Assembly: GCA_944393665.1 (NCBI GenBank)
Contig: CALYAX010000005.1
Span: 20,611 to 84,610, forward strand
DNA length: 64,000 nt
Reading direction: 5' to 3'
Origin: an uncultured Alphaproteobacteria bacterium
Lineage (GTDB): Bacteria; Pseudomonadota; Alphaproteobacteria; RF32; CAG-239
Position numbers and translations under genes: made by a program. Every line of letters begins with the position of its first letter. Within the stretch, counting starts at the first letter, position 1. Shown here piece by piece: positions 8,615 to 18,793 of this stretch. A model generated the notes under the pieces. It worked only from the letters and a program-made list of their open reading frames with translations, ran no database searches and was not told where the DNA came from.

Positions 8615-10525
8615 TTACTGTTTAATTTTTGCTTCTACAACAACGCCAAGCAGCGTGAACGGACACGGTTTGGCGCTTTTTATTTTCCACATCGGACGGT
8701 TCATTTCCCGAATCCAGCCCAGAGCGCGCAATTCCACATCGCCGGTATAGATGGTGGCAGGCGCGTCATAATAGACATTATTATTCACCTTGCGCAGCGG
8801 TACTTCATAAAACCCGCTGCCAAGATCAATGCTCATTGCCTGAGTTTCCAGCAGCCGGAAAATTCCGTAAATCAAGCGGTAAGCCTTGGGAAAATACGGC
8901 AATGCGGATTCAACGATAAAAGGCAGCGGCTCAATAATATGCTCATAAGGCAGCCCGACAATTATTTCAGAGGCTTCCTCATGCAGCGTAATGCTGCCGT
9001 CGGTAACCTTAAATGTTCCGCAGTCGAAACCATCGGCAACGACGGCGACGTCCCTATCATTAAGCCGGGCAAGCCCGGTCCAGACTTTTTTCGGCGTTTC
9101 AGAGGTTTGTTTTTCTCCGCAATCCACAAAATAGTCGCTGTTCATAACCTCTACCGAGGTGACAGAACCGCGTTTTACCAAAAAATAAACCAAATCGCCA
9201 ATGACGGCGATACCTTTGAAAAGTCCGTCGGTTTTTAAAATACTCCAGGCAGTCACATCCTCCGTCCGGTAAGTGGTAAGGCAGGCACAGGTGCCGTCAC
9301 CACGGACAATATAAAGAACGCTTTGATTCTGGTTATAATCCATATCCAGAGGCTGGCCGATAATATCCGAGGACAACAATGTCAGGTCTTTGGCCTGATA
9401 GGCCTGTTCGACATCGGTATACAAGAACTCCCGCAGCTGACGGCCGCTGCGGGATACAAACAGCGTGGCACCGTCAACGTTCTGTGGCTGCAGGGTGTAG
9501 GTATTATAACATCCTACATTGGTCTGCCGGCGCAGCTGGATACTTGCAGGTGTCAGCGGCTCGCCGGAAACCATCCATTCTGCCCCGGTGGTAAAGACAA
9601 CCAGATGGCGGGTAGAAATAACATTGACAATGGCATTGACCTGATCAGACAAAATTGAAAAATCAATTGCCTCATCATCTTTGCCCTCCCCGATGTCAAA
9701 ATTGAACAAATCAGAGGATTTGGAAAGCCAGAGGTGGTTTGGCAGACTGCGCGACCCGCCGATGACCAGCCTGTCCTGATGGAAAGTAACCGAGCGGGGA
9801 TAACCGCGGTGGGCACTAAACGACAATTCTTCCCAGTCAGTGGTTTTATCACTTTTGCTCGGTTTGTTTTTATCCGTAAAATCTACCTCAATATGTTGAG
9901 CATCGACATATTTGGTTACTTTTCCTTCGCCGTCGTTCCAGCGGATACGGGTGCCGACCCAGTTTGACGCAAAGGTATCCTCAGCCGTTGCCAGGGTTAC
10001 ATGCAGAGAGTTTGCCCCGGCCGAAGCCCACATTTCTTTGGAGTTCTGGTAAAAATTGTTGTAAGGGGCATAAACACGGTCATCTTTGGAATAAAACTCC
10101 CATTCCTCAATTTTCCAAACCTCGTTGTTATTGCGGCTGATTTTGCGGGGGGAAACATCGGGGTGAACCACCAGCAGCGTATCGGCACTCTGTGTCCATT
10201 TCAGGGTTTTAATCTGTTCTGCCGTCCAGGGAGCGGTCAGCGTCGAAATACAGACATCATTCTTAAAAACCTTCATTTGTCCCGGCACCAGGCAAATCAG
10301 ATAAATCTGCTCGGTATTAAATTCAAAAGGGATCAGCCGGCTGCCGTCAGCAACGGTATCGACATAGCGCAACCCGTAACGGCGGGAAACACCCCCGGTG
10401 GGAAAAATAATAACGTTTTGCAGCGTTGCCGCACCATTGGCAAAGACTTTCAGGTCGCCGCGTCCCAAAAGCTGCGGCGAAACCTGTCCCGACGTGAAAT
10501 TGGTTTTGGCGGTTATCTGATTCAT
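8615..10525 (-). CDS. podovirus tail tubular protein B-like (636 aa)
   Basis: Large structural ORF following the tail-tubular-A-like ORF with an ATGA overlap, in T7 gp11-gp12 order. Confidence 0.5.
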   Translation of the reverse strand: MNQITAKTNFTSGQVSPQLLGRGDLKVFANGAATLQNVIIFPTGGVSRRYGLRYVDTVADGSRLIPFEFNTEQIYLICLVPGQMKVFKNDVCISTLTAPWTAEQIKTLKWTQSADTLLVVHPDVSPRKISRNNNEVWKIEEWEFYSKDDRVYAPYNNFYQNSKEMWASAGANSLHVTLATAEDTFASNWVGTRIRWNDGEGKVTKYVDAQHIEVDFTDKNKPSKSDKTTDWEELSFSAHRGYPRSVTFHQDRLVIGGSRSLPNHLWLSKSSDLFNFDIGEGKDDEAIDFSILSDQVNAIVNVISTRHLVVFTTGAEWMVSGEPLTPASIQLRRQTNVGCYNTYTLQPQNVDGATLFVSRSGRQLREFLYTDVEQAYQAKDLTLLSSDIIGQPLDMDYNQNQSVLYIVRGDGTCACLTTYRTEDVTAWSILKTDGLFKGIAVIGDLVYFLVKRGSVTSVEVMNSDYFVDCGEKQTSETPKKVWTGLARLNDRDVAVVADGFDCGTFKVTDGSITLHEEASEIIVGLPYEHIIEPLPFIVESALPYFPKAYRLIYGIFRLLETQAMSIDLGSGFYEVPLRKVNNNVYYDAPATIYTGDVELRALGWIREMNRPMWKIKSAKPCPFTLLGVVVEAKIKQ

Positions 10526-11094
10526 TGACGCGCCTCCACCAAGGTAAAATCTTCAAATTTGCGCGGCGTGGCCTGCTGGGAATCAATCAGGCGCGCGCGG
10601 TTTAACTCATCTTCGGCCACTTTTTCCAAAAATTCCGCGCGGGTTGTGCTTTCCGTGAGCGGCAGGCAAAACTCAGCCGCCAGTTTGGCTACCAGAGCAT
10701 CGCAGAAAAAGGGCGGAAAATTATTTTCGCCGGGCTGATAAATATAAGTCAAATTTACTTTTTCCGCGTTGGTATGTAACGTATTTTCCTTAACCCGGTA
10801 TTCAATGCCGCGGCCGCGGGTTCCGATACCGGCCGATACAATCCGCAGCAAATCATGGGGCAATTGATAGGCGTATTTATAATCGGCAAGAGGCTGTTCC
10901 GCCAAACGCGGCAAAGTCATCTGGGCAGTGGCAAAACTCCACGGATAACTGGAAATCATTCCATCGCGAATCAGCGGATAGAGGTTGGCGGCAACTTCGG
11001 CTTCCGCAGTGCCGTCAGTATAAGAGGAAATGGTCGAGGCGCCAATTTTTAATAAAGCTTTGGAACATAAGCTGATGTCGGTGTAATTGTTCAT
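10522..11094 (-). CDS. podovirus tail tubular protein A-like (190 aa)
   Basis: Size and position relative to capsid resemble T7 gp11. Confidence 0.45.
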   Translation of the reverse strand: MNNYTDISLCSKALLKIGASTISSYTDGTAEAEVAANLYPLIRDGMISSYPWSFATAQMTLPRLAEQPLADYKYAYQLPHDLLRIVSAGIGTRGRGIEYRVKENTLHTNAEKVNLTYIYQPGENNFPPFFCDALVAKLAAEFCLPLTESTTRAEFLEKVAEDELNRARLIDSQQATPRKFEDFTLVEARQ

Positions 11095-11171
11095 GATAAA
11101 TTTTCCTCAACAAAAAAAGAGCTCCCCGCAAAGGGAGCTCTCATCATTTGCTAATAGTATAAAGGGTTGGT

Positions 11172-11480
11172 TTAAGCAGCCGTCGGGGCAATCGCCGCGA
11201 CGGTAACCGCATTGTCAGCCACCGAGCTTACCGACAGGATTGCCGGAACCAGGGTGCTTCCGACGCCGGTATTGGCCAAAACCATATCGCCGGTGCGGAC
11301 AAAAGGAGCCGTTTCATTAAAATAACCGGATCCTTCTACTGTTGCCAAAGTATCACCAGTCGAATAGTTCCAGAGGGTAAAGCCGTTGGCATAAGCCATA
11401 ACGGAAAAATTTTTTGCATTGTAAGACATATCTTTTCCTTTCGATGTTGAGATAACCTGCCGCAATTTCGGCAGGCTCAT
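11172..11480 (-). CDS. hypothetical phage structural protein (102 aa)
   Basis: Lies between the capsid and tail genes. No motif recognised. Confidence 0.35.
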   Translation of the reverse strand: MSLPKLRQVISTSKGKDMSYNAKNFSVMAYANGFTLWNYSTGDTLATVEGSGYFNETAPFVRTGDMVLANTGVGSTLVPAILSVSSVADNAVTVAAIAPTAA

Positions 11481-11486
11481 TAATAA

Positions 11487-12326
11487 TTAAGCTTCTTTGC
11501 ACTTAATCCGTACAACGCCGGCTTCATCAATCAGACAAGCGCCCTGGCTCATCATATTGTTAACGAAGTGGGCGGCATGGTCGCCGTGCCAGGTAATATC
11601 AGACTTAACATCCTGACCGGAGGCATGGCCGATGGCGGTTTTATGGAAGATGAAGCAATCACGGTTGGTGCTGGACAACGGCAGGCCGGTATGCATTACC
11701 CAGTTGATTCCCAGCCATTTGCGGCTTTCGGTACCTTTCAGATAAGGCATATTTTCTCCGGCATAGTCCGAGCTGGCAAATTCCTGAATATTCAGCAGGG
11801 CGTTCCACTGCAGAGGACCGACGACAGCAAAACGCTGACCGTCATCAGGAACATTATTGCTGTTGAGTTTGGCAAAAGCTTTCAGCAGAGTGGCCTTATC
11901 CAATTCCTTGGTATAATCGCCCACGTCGTTGGTGGTGGAAGCCAAATTCAGGGCATCAATAATCAGTTCATCGGTTTTGCGGCCGAGAGCATAAGCACCG
12001 GCGTTAACAATGACCTGTTTTTCGTCATGGTTCATTTTGAGCTCGTCCAAAGCATCAACCCAATCGCCGGCATAGTAATCCTGCAGTTCGCATTCAATCG
12101 GGGTATGATCAATGCTCATAACCGGAACCAGGCCGTGGCGGGCTTTGCCGGAGGCAACGCCTTTGCCGACTTTCTGGAAGACGGTTGAAGAACCTTTGAC
12201 ATTGTTCTGGGAACGAACCATATTTTTGAGTTTGGAACCGTTCTGCTGATAGGCCAGGTGAACCTCAGCCTGAAATTGTTTTACAAAAGACTCGCTAACT
12301 TGTGTAGACATCTGTTTTTTCTCCAA
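11487..12326 (-). CDS. T7-like major capsid protein (279 aa)
   Basis: N-terminal segment KNMVRSQNNVKGSSTVFQKVG resembles T7 gp10 RHMVRSISSGKSAQFPVLG, and the gene follows the scaffold gene. Confidence 0.65.
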   Translation of the reverse strand: MEKKQMSTQVSESFVKQFQAEVHLAYQQNGSKLKNMVRSQNNVKGSSTVFQKVGKGVASGKARHGLVPVMSIDHTPIECELQDYYAGDWVDALDELKMNHDEKQVIVNAGAYALGRKTDELIIDALNLASTTNDVGDYTKELDKATLLKAFAKLNSNNVPDDGQRFAVVGPLQWNALLNIQEFASSDYAGENMPYLKGTESRKWLGINWVMHTGLPLSSTNRDCFIFHKTAIGHASGQDVKSDITWHGDHAAHFVNNMMSQGACLIDEAGVVRIKCKEA

Positions 12327-12368
12327 AAAAGGTTAGTCATTTTGTATTTGCAAAATGACCGGTGGTTT

Positions 12369-13121
12369 TTATTTGCCGGGGTAGAGTTTCTCAAATCCGG
12401 AAGTGATTTTTCTGACATAAGCCTTGTCGTGGTCACGCCAATAACGGGGATCTTCCATCATTTTGCGGAGGGTTTCCTCGCTCAGCTCCTCAGCCGGAGC
12501 GGTTTCGCGCGACAATACCGGCTCATTGGAAGACATCATTTTATAAAGAGCAATCACGCCTTCCGAGGTTGAAGCCAGGGCATCATAAACCTCGGGAGAG
12601 AGGTTCTGCCTGGCCCAGGACGACAACTGGCGGGAGATCTCGTTAAAACGTTCGCGGCCGCCAAAATGCTTTACCAGTTTTTCAATCTGGCGCTCGGCTT
12701 CAAAATTGACCGTCATTTCTTCAATAAACGGCAACACCCGTTCATTAGCCAGATCATAAACCAGCTGGGCCTGATCGTTGGTAAACTTTTTGTCATAAAA
12801 GCGCTGAAAGATTTCATCATCGCGTTCCAGCAGCGGGCTGGGGATATTAATCTGGTAATCTGCCGGACTGGCCGGAATACCGCGAAGATTTCCCTCAATC
12901 AGGTTTTCATCACGCGCCACCAGGTCATTATAGGCGGCAATCAGTTCATCAAGCTTAACCGAAGCAGTTTCGGCATCCCAAAACTGTTCAGGCAGGCCTG
13001 CCGGTTTGGCAGCAGCTTCAGCAACAACCGTCTGCGGACGTTTTGCCTTTGTCGGCGCAGCCACGGGGGCGCCCTCCTCCAGCAGGTTTTCGGCATTAGG
13101 TTTCATATATTTTCCTTTCAC
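12369..13121 (-). CDS. putative scaffolding protein (250 aa, acidic, helical)
   Basis: Position between portal and capsid, plus composition. Confidence 0.45.
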   Translation of the reverse strand: MKGKYMKPNAENLLEEGAPVAAPTKAKRPQTVVAEAAAKPAGLPEQFWDAETASVKLDELIAAYNDLVARDENLIEGNLRGIPASPADYQINIPSPLLERDDEIFQRFYDKKFTNDQAQLVYDLANERVLPFIEEMTVNFEAERQIEKLVKHFGGRERFNEISRQLSSWARQNLSPEVYDALASTSEGVIALYKMMSSNEPVLSRETAPAEELSEETLRKMMEDPRYWRDHDKAYVRKITSGFEKLYPGK

Positions 13122-13139
13122 ATAAAATGTAAGTTAGGG

Positions 13140-13388
13140 TTAACCCAGCAGCGAAAGCATATATCCTACTAACTGCCGCTGTCCTTCAAGATGCCGCAAA
13201 GCATCGGCGGAACTGTCCGGCCCGAGATATCGCTCCTGAGTCATACGTTTAAGAACGGCAAGGACAATTTGTCCTTCCCGGGTATTAAAACATTTGGCAA
13301 ATGCCCGGCGGATTTCTTCGTCGGGCATTGCGGCAATGTTATAATTGATTTGGCAAGAGGTCATCGCTCCCCTCCCCGGCCAAGGCAC
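13140..13388 (-). CDS. hypothetical protein (82 aa)
   Basis: ORF between portal and scaffold. It overlaps the portal start by 50 nt. Confidence 0.3.
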   Translation of the reverse strand: MPWPGRGAMTSCQINYNIAAMPDEEIRRAFAKCFNTREGQIVLAVLKRMTQERYLGPDSSADALRHLEGQRQLVGYMLSLLG

Positions 13389-14877
13389 TTAAATCCGGCG
13401 CCGTTTCATTAATCAGGCTGGCCGGCACATTCAGGGTTTTGCCAAGGTATTTGGCCGTTTCAAAAAGATTTACCGCGCTCTGTCCGGCAAGCCCCATCGA
13501 GCCGACCATACCGAGCCAATCGGAAATATTATTAACATCGCGGCGTCCCTGCACCATTGCCAAAGGCGATTTGTACTGCAAATCCACGGTCTTGCCGTCA
13601 AGATCAAAATTAGCGACATCACCGCGGCGGCGAAGAATCTGAAAAGCTCTCTTAAGCAGCGGGGTCAGCAGTTCGGTTTGCAGGCGTCCGAACGAAGCGC
13701 CGAGAATCCGTGCCATTTCGGCAGAGCGTTCTAAAACTTCTGTTGCCGTCATGTTCGGAACGTTAACCTGCCCCAAACGGTCTGCCAGCAGGGCATGGTT
13801 GATCCGTGACCGCAAGTCTTCAAGCACCAGCTGCGAAATATCAAATTTTCCGGGCGCTTCCAAAGGCGTGAGTCCCTTCGAACCGACAGCCTTGGGGATT
13901 ATCGCTCCCGGAACCAGCTTGATATTGGCCGGATTAAGAATACCGTCGTCATCTGCCTGCCAGATGCCGGTGACTGAAATTGAAGCGTTTTTCAAAATCA
14001 GCTCCACAACTTTGTTGGCAGTCTTAATGTCCGGAAGCGCTTTCATGACCGGAGAACGCCCGTAAACCTCGCCGGGAGCTTTTAACCAGCGGAAGTTAAT
14101 AAACGGCGACGTGGTAAAAATGCCTTCCCGGATGACCAGATGATCCGACAAAGAAACATTTTCATCAAACAGCACCGCGGTATAACGATAACCTAAGGCA
14201 CCAACGCCTGAATAATTTGGCACAACCGCTTCAAGCAAGCTTAGTTTGAGCCCGGTGTCATTTTCAAAACGCTGCAACAGTTCCGGCGGCAGTTCGGCAT
14301 CAGGAAAGCGCAGGCGGATTTCTGACAAACCGACTTCCGAACAACGATAAGTCGTGTCAATTCTGCCATCGGCACTTTCTTCAAGGGCAATTTCACGCAG
14401 GGGCACTGCATAAAAACGAAAAGCACTGGCCTCACCAAGGGGAGCCTCTTCAAACATCAGACTGGCGGTTCCGGCAGTAACCAAATCAAGGTAACACTGG
14501 TGGATTTCAACGGCAAAGTTTGAATGCTCAAAATTTTGCAATAAAATATCCGCAGTCTTTTCCAAGGTTGCGGATATTTGCTGGCTTTCTTCAGGCGTCA
14601 GTTCCGGTCCGGCTTTTAAACCGAACCATTTGGCCCATGGCGGGGTCAGTTCGGCGAGCAGCGAGGAGGCCAGCTGGTCAACAGCATCAGCCGCGGTCCC
14701 GTCATAAAGATGAAGGTTTTGTTTAGCCCCTTCATAGCCGCCGGCATAGGGAGAGCTGACATTTTCACGCTGCGGCAGCGCGTATTCATAACATTCGCGC
14801 CAATGGCTTTCCCAGCTTTGTTTCCGCTGCAGCGCCTTATGATAGCGCTCAATCAGCTGTTCCACAGAATTTTCCAT
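13339..14877 (-). CDS. podovirus-type portal (head-to-tail connector) protein (512 aa)
   Basis: Size and position upstream of scaffold/capsid, with T7 gp8-like character. Confidence 0.65.
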   Translation of the reverse strand: MENSVEQLIERYHKALQRKQSWESHWRECYEYALPQRENVSSPYAGGYEGAKQNLHLYDGTAADAVDQLASSLLAELTPPWAKWFGLKAGPELTPEESQQISATLEKTADILLQNFEHSNFAVEIHQCYLDLVTAGTASLMFEEAPLGEASAFRFYAVPLREIALEESADGRIDTTYRCSEVGLSEIRLRFPDAELPPELLQRFENDTGLKLSLLEAVVPNYSGVGALGYRYTAVLFDENVSLSDHLVIREGIFTTSPFINFRWLKAPGEVYGRSPVMKALPDIKTANKVVELILKNASISVTGIWQADDDGILNPANIKLVPGAIIPKAVGSKGLTPLEAPGKFDISQLVLEDLRSRINHALLADRLGQVNVPNMTATEVLERSAEMARILGASFGRLQTELLTPLLKRAFQILRRRGDVANFDLDGKTVDLQYKSPLAMVQGRRDVNNISDWLGMVGSMGLAGQSAVNLFETAKYLGKTLNVPASLINETAPDLSALAGEGSDDLLPNQL

Positions 14878-14879
14878 GG

Positions 14880-15104
14880 TTATTCTCCCAACAGTTTTTT
14901 ACGGGTAAATTTGGTGTTCTCGTCCAAAATACCGTTATACGATGTATTAATGGTGCTTTCCACGCCGCGGCGCTGACGGGCCAACGCCTCTTTGCGGGCT
15001 TTTTCCTCAGCCTCGGACTTTTCCTGAGCCGAGTTATCAATGGTATAAACCGGCTGGATTTTCTGGCTGCTGCCGGTGAACGGTATCGTAAATACTTTTC
15101 CCAT
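14880..15104 (-). CDS. hypothetical protein (74 aa)
   Basis: ORF between the lysis cassette and portal. Confidence 0.35.
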   Translation of the reverse strand: MGKVFTIPFTGSSQKIQPVYTIDNSAQEKSEAEEKARKEALARQRRGVESTINTSYNGILDENTKFTRKKLLGE

Positions 15105-15120
15105 AATATGTTCCTTTCAT

Positions 15121-15642
15121 TTAAAGTTTATTGATGACCTTGGAAACGAGGTCTGGTTTTTTGGTCTTTTCTGAACTGCTTTTGACGACGGAGATGCCCA
15201 ACACGCCGAGGGCAATTCCCCACAGCGAGGTGGTTTCAACCATAGCCATAATAATTTCCGGCGCCCGCTGGTTATCAGAAAGCACCACATAACAAATCGT
15301 AAACATATTCATCAGCCACGCCAGCGCTACCGAATAACCGAAGGCGGGCCGCCAAAAGCGGACGAAGCGGTCACCGGAAGCCAGTTCCTGACGAATCGTC
15401 TGATGAATGGTAGACAAGGTTTTGTCATCAACCTCAGCTTCAATCTCCAGAGATTTTTCAACATGCCGGTTAGCCTCTTTCAGCTCATCCAGCGATATCT
15501 GCTGTTTTTGAATAGCGGTATCGACCTCGCCAAGCATGGTTCCGGCCTGGCGGGCAAGATTGTTATTCATTCCCGATAACGCCCGGCCGATAAATTTGAC
15601 CAAAATCGGCAGTCCGATTTTGCCTAAAAGTTTTGCAATCAT
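15121..15642 (-). CDS. holin-like membrane protein (173 aa)
   Basis: C-terminal TM segments. It lies immediately downstream of the cell wall hydrolase gene. Confidence 0.4.
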   Translation of the reverse strand: MIAKLLGKIGLPILVKFIGRALSGMNNNLARQAGTMLGEVDTAIQKQQISLDELKEANRHVEKSLEIEAEVDDKTLSTIHQTIRQELASGDRFVRFWRPAFGYSVALAWLMNMFTICYVVLSDNQRAPEIIMAMVETTSLWGIALGVLGISVVKSSSEKTKKPDLVSKVINKL

Positions 15643-15645
15643 CGT

Positions 15646-16062
15646 TTATTCCTCAATGTCATTATAAAAAAAGTGGCGGCCGATTTCAGCACAGGGAATC
15701 TTACCGACGGACCAGGCCGGACGCACGTTTTTGGTATGATAATGCGTTGCACCGCAGGTTTTATCTTCAAGCGTGCCGGCTACGGCCCGGGCGGCAATCC
15801 GTTTACAGATACAAAAGATGAGATCGGTATCGGGAACTCTGGTAATAACTTTATAATTGGGATCTTCCTGATTCCAGCAGGAAAACTGCCAGGGATAGCG
15901 GCAGACTTCACTGACGGTGTTTCCCCACCAGTAGCGGCCGCGGCGTTTGGAAAAATGAACCCGGTTCATTACCACTTCAGCAATGGCTTCCTGGCCGGAA
16001 ACGCTTTCTCCCCGGGCCTCGCCGTAAATAGTGCGGGCCAGCGTATCAATATCTTCAGTCAT
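15646..16062 (-). CDS. cell wall hydrolase (SleB/Hydrolase_2 family) - phage endolysin candidate
   Basis: LARTIYGEARGE...NRV motif typical of the SleB-type cell wall hydrolase domain. Confidence 0.75.
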   Translation of the reverse strand: MTEDIDTLARTIYGEARGESVSGQEAIAEVVMNRVHFSKRRGRYWWGNTVSEVCRYPWQFSCWNQEDPNYKVITRVPDTDLIFCICKRIAARAVAGTLEDKTCGATHYHTKNVRPAWSVGKIPCAEIGRHFFYNDIEE

Positions 16063-16369
16063 GGCGGCGCCCTCCTACCTGATCAAGTTTCTTTTCAATT
16101 CTCAGCAAATGATTGGTAAGACGGTTTTCAACATCTTTCAAATAATTGACCGAAACATAATTACGGGCAACATGAAGTTTAAACTCGGACAGAGACTCTT
16201 TCACCAGCCCGATCGCTTCGTCATTCAGCTGTTTATGAGATGTAAAAGAGCTGTCATTTTCCCGTTTGTTTTTGATAATCAGCCGAAACAGGGCGGCAAA
16301 GACCGGGACCTCGATCATAGTGGCCCAGGTCATTAATTCATTGGTCATTGGTTTCTCCTTATATTTCAA
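16055..16369 (-). CDS. membrane protein (104 aa), possible holin/spanin component
   Basis: Single N-terminal TM segment. It overlaps the hydrolase start. Confidence 0.35.
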   Translation of the reverse strand: MKYKEKPMTNELMTWATMIEVPVFAALFRLIIKNKRENDSSFTSHKQLNDEAIGLVKESLSEFKLHVARNYVSVNYLKDVENRLTNHLLRIEKKLDQVGGRRHD

Positions 16370-17915
16370 ATTTGCTCAAAGCACTATACTGGGCACTTCC
16401 TCCCTGCCAGCCGGGAGCGGCAGAAGCAACAATTCCGCATTGCGGCAGCCGGACCGGTTCATTCAGCAGGCATCCGGCTACGGCATCCAGGGCATCATCA
16501 TGGACGGAGGCCGCCGGCGACCACTCGCGCATTTCTTCAACAAAACCGCTGCTCCAAATTCTGCGATGGGCATGCAACGCTTTTTCAGCCAGCAAAACTT
16601 CAAAAGCCTCCAAAATCCGCGCCTGTTTGTTAGAATGCGAATACATTTCAATCACCGCGGCACGCAGGCCCTCAGAGCGTAACGTCTGTTTCAAAATTCC
16701 GGGCAGAAACTTGCCGATACCGTTGGCTTCGACCCGAACTGACGGCAGATGATTACGGCGCAAAAACTCAGTCACTTTCTGACATTGCAGCGAGGCCACG
16801 TTTTCGGCATCCCGGGCCGGAAGACGGATATATTCCAAATCATGCAGCCAGAAACGCCCGTTTTCATCAGCAAAGACGCAGGCAATGACGGAGTTGTCTC
16901 CCTTTCCCTCTGCAGCGAAAGAAGGATCCCACCAGCAAGAGGCTGAAACCATTTTGACATCGCCGATTTTTAAAATCTCGCGGCCGTTGGCAAAACTGAT
17001 ACTGATTTCATCGCCGTAAGCCACCATACGGGAGGGATCCAGCCGGCTGTCGGTAATATTGACGGGGCGCAGCATCATTTGTGACTGAAATTTATTTTCA
17101 CCGGAGCGGGTACGTACCGAGGCAATTTTTTCCTCGCTGAACCGCTCGGGCCAGGCGGAGCGTCCCCGGGAATCGAGAATCGGCAGCAGCAAACGGTTAA
17201 AACCGCGCAGATAAGGTTCTATTTCAGGCTTGGACGGATCATCGTCCGTCTGATAAATCGTATAATAAGTATGCGGCGTTCCGATATAAAGCTGCATTCC
17301 CTCAGGCGTGAGAATATAATCCAGCTCGTCAAGGCGGGCGCGCAGTTCCTGGCGTTTTAATGCCGAATCGCAGTTTTTAGGCACTTCCACGTCATCACAA
17401 ATTATCAAATCTGCCCGCAGACCGGTAATATTGGCACCAATCCCTTTGGCAAGCATTGACGGATCCCGGAGCTCCTGGTCGCGGCGGATGGTGAACTGAT
17501 CCGAGGCCCATTGGTCCAGACGGTCCGGCTTGAGACCGCGGGTGAGCAGGTGCTGTTCAATAATTCTTTTGACATTGCGAACCATTTTCTTGGCCAGGGC
17601 ATGGTCGGCGGCCATTACCAAAATCCGGGTCTGCGGCCGCCGGTATAAGACCCAGGCGCAAAACAAGCCGACTATAGTCGATTTTCCGGAGTTGCGGAAA
17701 GCCATCAGCAGTCCCTGCCGGTCGGCAGCCCGAAGCCATAAACCGGAAAGCCATCTGGCAATCTTCCGCTGGTGGCGCGGAACTGTTAATCCCTGAAGCC
17801 GCATCCAGATGAAAACGAATTCAAAAAAATCAACCGTTCGTTTTTTTCCGGCGGCAGGGGCAGGGTCAATCTTCTTCATCTTGGTAACGGTCATTTTCAG
17901 CTTCTGCCTCCTCAA
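16359..17915 (-). CDS. phage terminase large subunit (518 aa)
   Basis: Walker A NSGKST and Walker B LIICDD with a nuclease-domain C-terminus. T7 gp19-like. Confidence 0.8.
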   Translation of the reverse strand: MRRQKLKMTVTKMKKIDPAPAAGKKRTVDFFEFVFIWMRLQGLTVPRHQRKIARWLSGLWLRAADRQGLLMAFRNSGKSTIVGLFCAWVLYRRPQTRILVMAADHALAKKMVRNVKRIIEQHLLTRGLKPDRLDQWASDQFTIRRDQELRDPSMLAKGIGANITGLRADLIICDDVEVPKNCDSALKRQELRARLDELDYILTPEGMQLYIGTPHTYYTIYQTDDDPSKPEIEPYLRGFNRLLLPILDSRGRSAWPERFSEEKIASVRTRSGENKFQSQMMLRPVNITDSRLDPSRMVAYGDEISISFANGREILKIGDVKMVSASCWWDPSFAAEGKGDNSVIACVFADENGRFWLHDLEYIRLPARDAENVASLQCQKVTEFLRRNHLPSVRVEANGIGKFLPGILKQTLRSEGLRAAVIEMYSHSNKQARILEAFEVLLAEKALHAHRRIWSSGFVEEMREWSPAASVHDDALDAVAGCLLNEPVRLPQCGIVASAAPGWQGGSAQYSALSKFEI

Positions 17916-18183
17916 GCAGGCGGTCTAAGTTATCGGACACCGCCAAAACGGGAGCGGCAGTTTCTTCATCAGCCGTCCAACGGGCCAGCTTGAGAAGCGT
18001 CTCGGCATGGACAACCGCAGACTTGCAGGCATTATGATGGGCGGTAAAGCCTTTGGCATCTTCCGGAACCGGCTGTTCGGAAAAATCTTCATAACTCTGC
18101 ATAACCGAAGATATTTTTTCGGGCAGCGTCTTTTTCAGTTTATTTTTGAGTGCTTTGAGAGTTTTTATGTTTTTGGTTTTCAT
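17866..18183 (-). CDS. putative terminase small subunit (105 aa, acidic C-terminus)
   Basis: Small ORF immediately upstream of and overlapping terminase large, in T7 gp18-like position and size. Confidence 0.4.
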   Translation of the reverse strand: MKTKNIKTLKALKNKLKKTLPEKISSVMQSYEDFSEQPVPEDAKGFTAHHNACKSAVVHAETLLKLARWTADEETAAPVLAVSDNLDRLLEEAEAENDRYQDEED

Positions 18184-18330
18184 TACTTTCTAAAAACTCC
18201 TGTATTGAAAATAAAAAAAATCCTGCAAAACCAGGACGGCCGCAGGACTTAAAATTTATTCCGGATACACTACTAGCAAGTGATATTATCAGCTCTAACA
18301 TAAAAAATTCCTTTTGTCAAGACTTTTTTC

Positions 18331-18717
18331 CTACATCTTTAAATATTTCCACAATTGATATGGCGTTATTATAAGACGGTTATTAATTCCCAAGGCATGC
18401 TTCACAAATTCAACACAGTTAAAAAAGAACAGCGGCAGCGGCCGGTGAGGCACCATTTTCACCTCAGCCGGCACAATGCAGCACCCGTTGTTTTCCAAAG
18501 CAGCCAGATAATCATAACCGGAACCGAAACGATGAACGGTAAAATAGAAAAAATTGCTGGTCGGATTCAGCTCCAGCCAATGGTTTTCCCCTAACCGCAC
18601 CAGTATATAACAATGGCGGAATCCGGGTTTTAACAGGCGCAGCCACCATAAACTTGTTTCATCCTGAAAGACGATGTAAAAACGCCGGAAAAAAGGCGGC
18701 GGTGTGTATTTAAACAT
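18331..18717 (-). CDS. hypothetical protein (128 aa)
   Basis: ORF between the regulatory region and the terminase genes. Confidence 0.35.
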   Translation of the reverse strand: MFKYTPPPFFRRFYIVFQDETSLWWLRLLKPGFRHCYILVRLGENHWLELNPTSNFFYFTVHRFGSGYDYLAALENNGCCIVPAEVKMVPHRPLPLFFFNCVEFVKHALGINNRLIITPYQLWKYLKM

Positions 18718-18793
18718 AATTTAACTCCTCTTAGATAAACTTAATGAAGGAAAAAAACAGTTCAGGGATCATTATTTGAACTTGGCAGAAGGC

